Shown piece by piece: positions 61,419 through 64,000 of a stretch of 64,000 nt of DNA. This stretch comes from Eledone cirrhosa (taxonomy: Eukaryota), in the NCBI GenBank assembly GCA_964016885.1, contig OZ024741.1, positions 176,762,001 through 176,826,000 on the forward strand, written 5' to 3'. The notes beneath the pieces were generated by a model, which saw only the letters and a program-made list of their open reading frames with translations, did not search any database and had not been told where the DNA came from. Made by a program: the position numbers and the translations under genes. Positions within the stretch are counted from its first letter, which is position 1. Each line of letters begins with the position of its first letter.

Positions 61419-64000
61419 CAGTTGCACTTATCTTGCTTTATGTTCATACGAGTTATCACCAAGTCACAACCAGTGACCTCAAGAGACAACAAGGTCCGCC
61501 ATGTTCAAGAAAGAACATACATATTCACACATGCATCTTTAGTGTTTAGACTTGTGATGTACTTATATTGACAGAATCTTCCTTAGTATATGGGCAGTTC
61601 CCATTAGTACTATCTTTTGTATTTCTCCTATACGCGGGTTTCCTGGGATTTGCGATAAGTAATCACTAGACCCCTTAGGTATCATTCCCAGAGCGCCTAC
61701 AACCACTGGTATTGTTTTAGTTCTCAATTTCCACATTTTTCCAATTTCTATCTCCAGGTCCTTATACTTGCTCAATTTTTCAAATGTTTTTATAGATACA
61801 TTCTTGTCTATTGGAACAGACATCAATTAGCAGACATACCCTCTTTTTTAAAGTCCTTCAATATTATATCAGGTCTATTTGCATCTATTTTTCGGTCTGT
61901 TTGGATGCTAAAGTTCCACAAGATTGAGATGTGATCTTTTTCAAGTATGGGAGGTGGTTGATGCTCCCACCAATTCTTTTGGTGGGGCAGGTCAAAATGC
62001 TTACACATTATCCAATGTATGTATTGTGCAGCTCTGTCATGCCTGTTTAGGTATTCGGTTGGAGCTATAGGACTGCACATTGAAATTATATGGTCAATGG
62101 TCTCTGGTTGTTTTTTGCATACACGGCATAATGGGCTGCACCCATTTTTTATTATGTTGTCTTGGTAATTTTTTGTTAGCAGACACTGATCTTGTGCCGA
62201 TATAATCAGTCCTTCAGTCTCCGATTTCAGTCCAGAGGATGCCAACCACTGATGGGTTAAAGTTTTGTCAACATCAGGATTGTTAGCTCGCTCTGGGTAT
62301 TTTCCATACAGAGGCTTTTCTTGCCATTTCTTAGCCAGTTTCTGTAGCAGTTCTTTCTTTGCAGTTACTTTTACCTGCTTGCTTTTTCTGTGTTTTCTAT
62401 TTCAGCAGTAAATGGGACTTCTGAAATGTGTAGTCCATTACTGTATCTTTGTGCATCTTTTGTAATGGAATATGATCTTTTGATTCTTTCGTGTTTCAAA
62501 ACGAGTTTGATCATCCAATCATCTGATTCCCTTAGATATGTAGATAATCCAATTGTTGCAGGTTTCAACGCAATGTCTAACTGGATTAACCCACGTCCTC
62601 CTTCTTTCCTAGGGAGATATATTCTATCTATATCTGCCTTAGGGTGATGCATTCTGTGCATGGTTAAGAATTTTCGAATTTTTGTATCGAGCCTACGGAT
62701 CTCTGTGCTTGACCAGTTGATGACATTGTAACTGTAGGTTACTACTGGTATGGCAAGCGTGTTTATGGCATCGATCCTATTCCTTGCATTCAATTCCGTT
62801 CTTAAGATTGCTCTTACTCTGCGGTAACATTCCTTCCTTATCCTTTCCCTCTTTGTCGAGTGCTTGATTCCGTCTCCTTCACAAACACCTAGATATTTCT
62901 AAGTTTTTTCTTGATCAAGTTCTCTTATCACGTTCCCCCGATCAAGATTAATGTCTGAACTCTTCAGCAGCTTTCCTCTGGTGAACGTTGCTTTGGCGCA
63001 TTTATCTAGTCCAAACTCCATTTTAATGTCATCACTGAACTGCTCCACAGTGGATAATAGCCCTTGCAATTGTTCATCATTGTTTGCAAATAGTTTCAGG
63101 TCATCCATGTAGAACAAATGATTAATGGTTTTGTCATAGACTTTATATCCATGTTTTGTTTCATTGAGCATTTTACTTAATGGTATAAGTGCGATGCAGA
63201 ATAAAAGCGGTAATAAAGAGTCACCCTGAAAAATTCCACAATTAATATTAACTTCTCCAGCTTCCAGTGATTTTGTTTCACTATTCAAAAGGAGTGTCGT
63301 TTTCCATGTCTTCTTACTAAATGACAAAAACCTCCTGACAATGGGGGATATTTTGAAAATCCCTAAACGTTTTTCAATCCAACTGTGTGGCAAACTATCG
63401 AATGCTTTTTTATAATCTATCCAAGCAATCGATAGATTTTTGTGTCTATTATGACAATCTTCCAGTATCATTTTGTTAACGAAAAGCTGATCCTTACAGC
63501 CCTATGAGCCTCGTTTACACCCTTTCTGCTCAATGGGAAATAGGTCATTTGTTATCAGGTGGTCATATGTGTATTCAGTTAGGACTGATGTTAAAATGTT
63601 ATACATTGTGGTCAAGCAAGTTATCGGTCTGTAATTTTTGGGATTGTTTGTCTCATCATTCTTCGGAAGCAGGAATGTAATGCCGTTAACTAGCCATGAT
63701 GGTATCTTTTCTGGCTCCTTAACTATTTCATTGTAAAGTTGGGCTAACAGCTCATGAGACTCTGTGAAGGCATTTATCCAAAAGTTTTGTATTTTGTCTT
63801 TTCCTGGGGATTTCCATTTGCTGGTTTTTCGTAGAGCCAAGCGCAACTGTTCAACTGTTATATTTTCCCATATTTGTTCCTCAAGGTGAGCTGTATCTTT
63901 CATTTGTCTGTCTATCCATCGGGCATGTATGTTATGAACATTTTCTTCGGCCCAGATCTTTTCCCAGAATTCTTGCACTTCCTCCTTGGGTGGTATTGAT
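61419..64000 (-). mobile_element. R4/Dong-like element, family A (continues beyond the window)
   Basis: WKSPGKD, YRPITCL, WIDYKKAFDS, GIFQGDSL, YMDDLKL, CRVC..H...C and RLE, with a few stops and frameshifts. Confidence 0.93.

Noticed and set aside
53952-61492. Chimeric ORFs running from one Dong 3' UTR through poly-I/N into the next truncated Dong (53952-54680, 60431-60799, 61166-61492)
   Set aside because: (TAA)n is open in two of three frames, so fusion is expected by chance, and the downstream frames are broken.

Overview
Eukaryotic, AT-rich, repeat-saturated DNA with no host gene I can support. The (TA)n/(CA)n expansions and the Nin/Deu-core tRNA-SINE family suggest a mollusc, probably an octopod (inference). 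Contents: (1) a decayed Chapaev3-type DNA transposon (412-2122; CAC..GTG ends, TTA TSD). (2) From about 7 to 41 kb, (TA)n microsatellites filled with Penelope-like element (PLE) remnants: RT/GIY-YIG fragments, tandem and inverted pseudo-LTRs (pLTRs), and more than 15 hammerhead ribozyme (HHR) motifs from about 10 families. These include non-coding, retrozyme-like tandem monomers. One ~720-bp monomer family has no complete HHR but carries an unusual multi-pseudoknot candidate RNA, which is the best novelty candidate. (3) From about 43 to 64 kb, a pile-up of (TAA)n-associated non-LTR retrotransposons: R4/Dong-like elements all on the minus strand and L1/Tx1-like elements all on the plus strand, partly adjoining SINE (ATT)n tails. 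Most ORF-track entries are microsatellite artefacts. All RNA structures were folded by eye and boundaries are approximate unless a TSD or junction is quoted.
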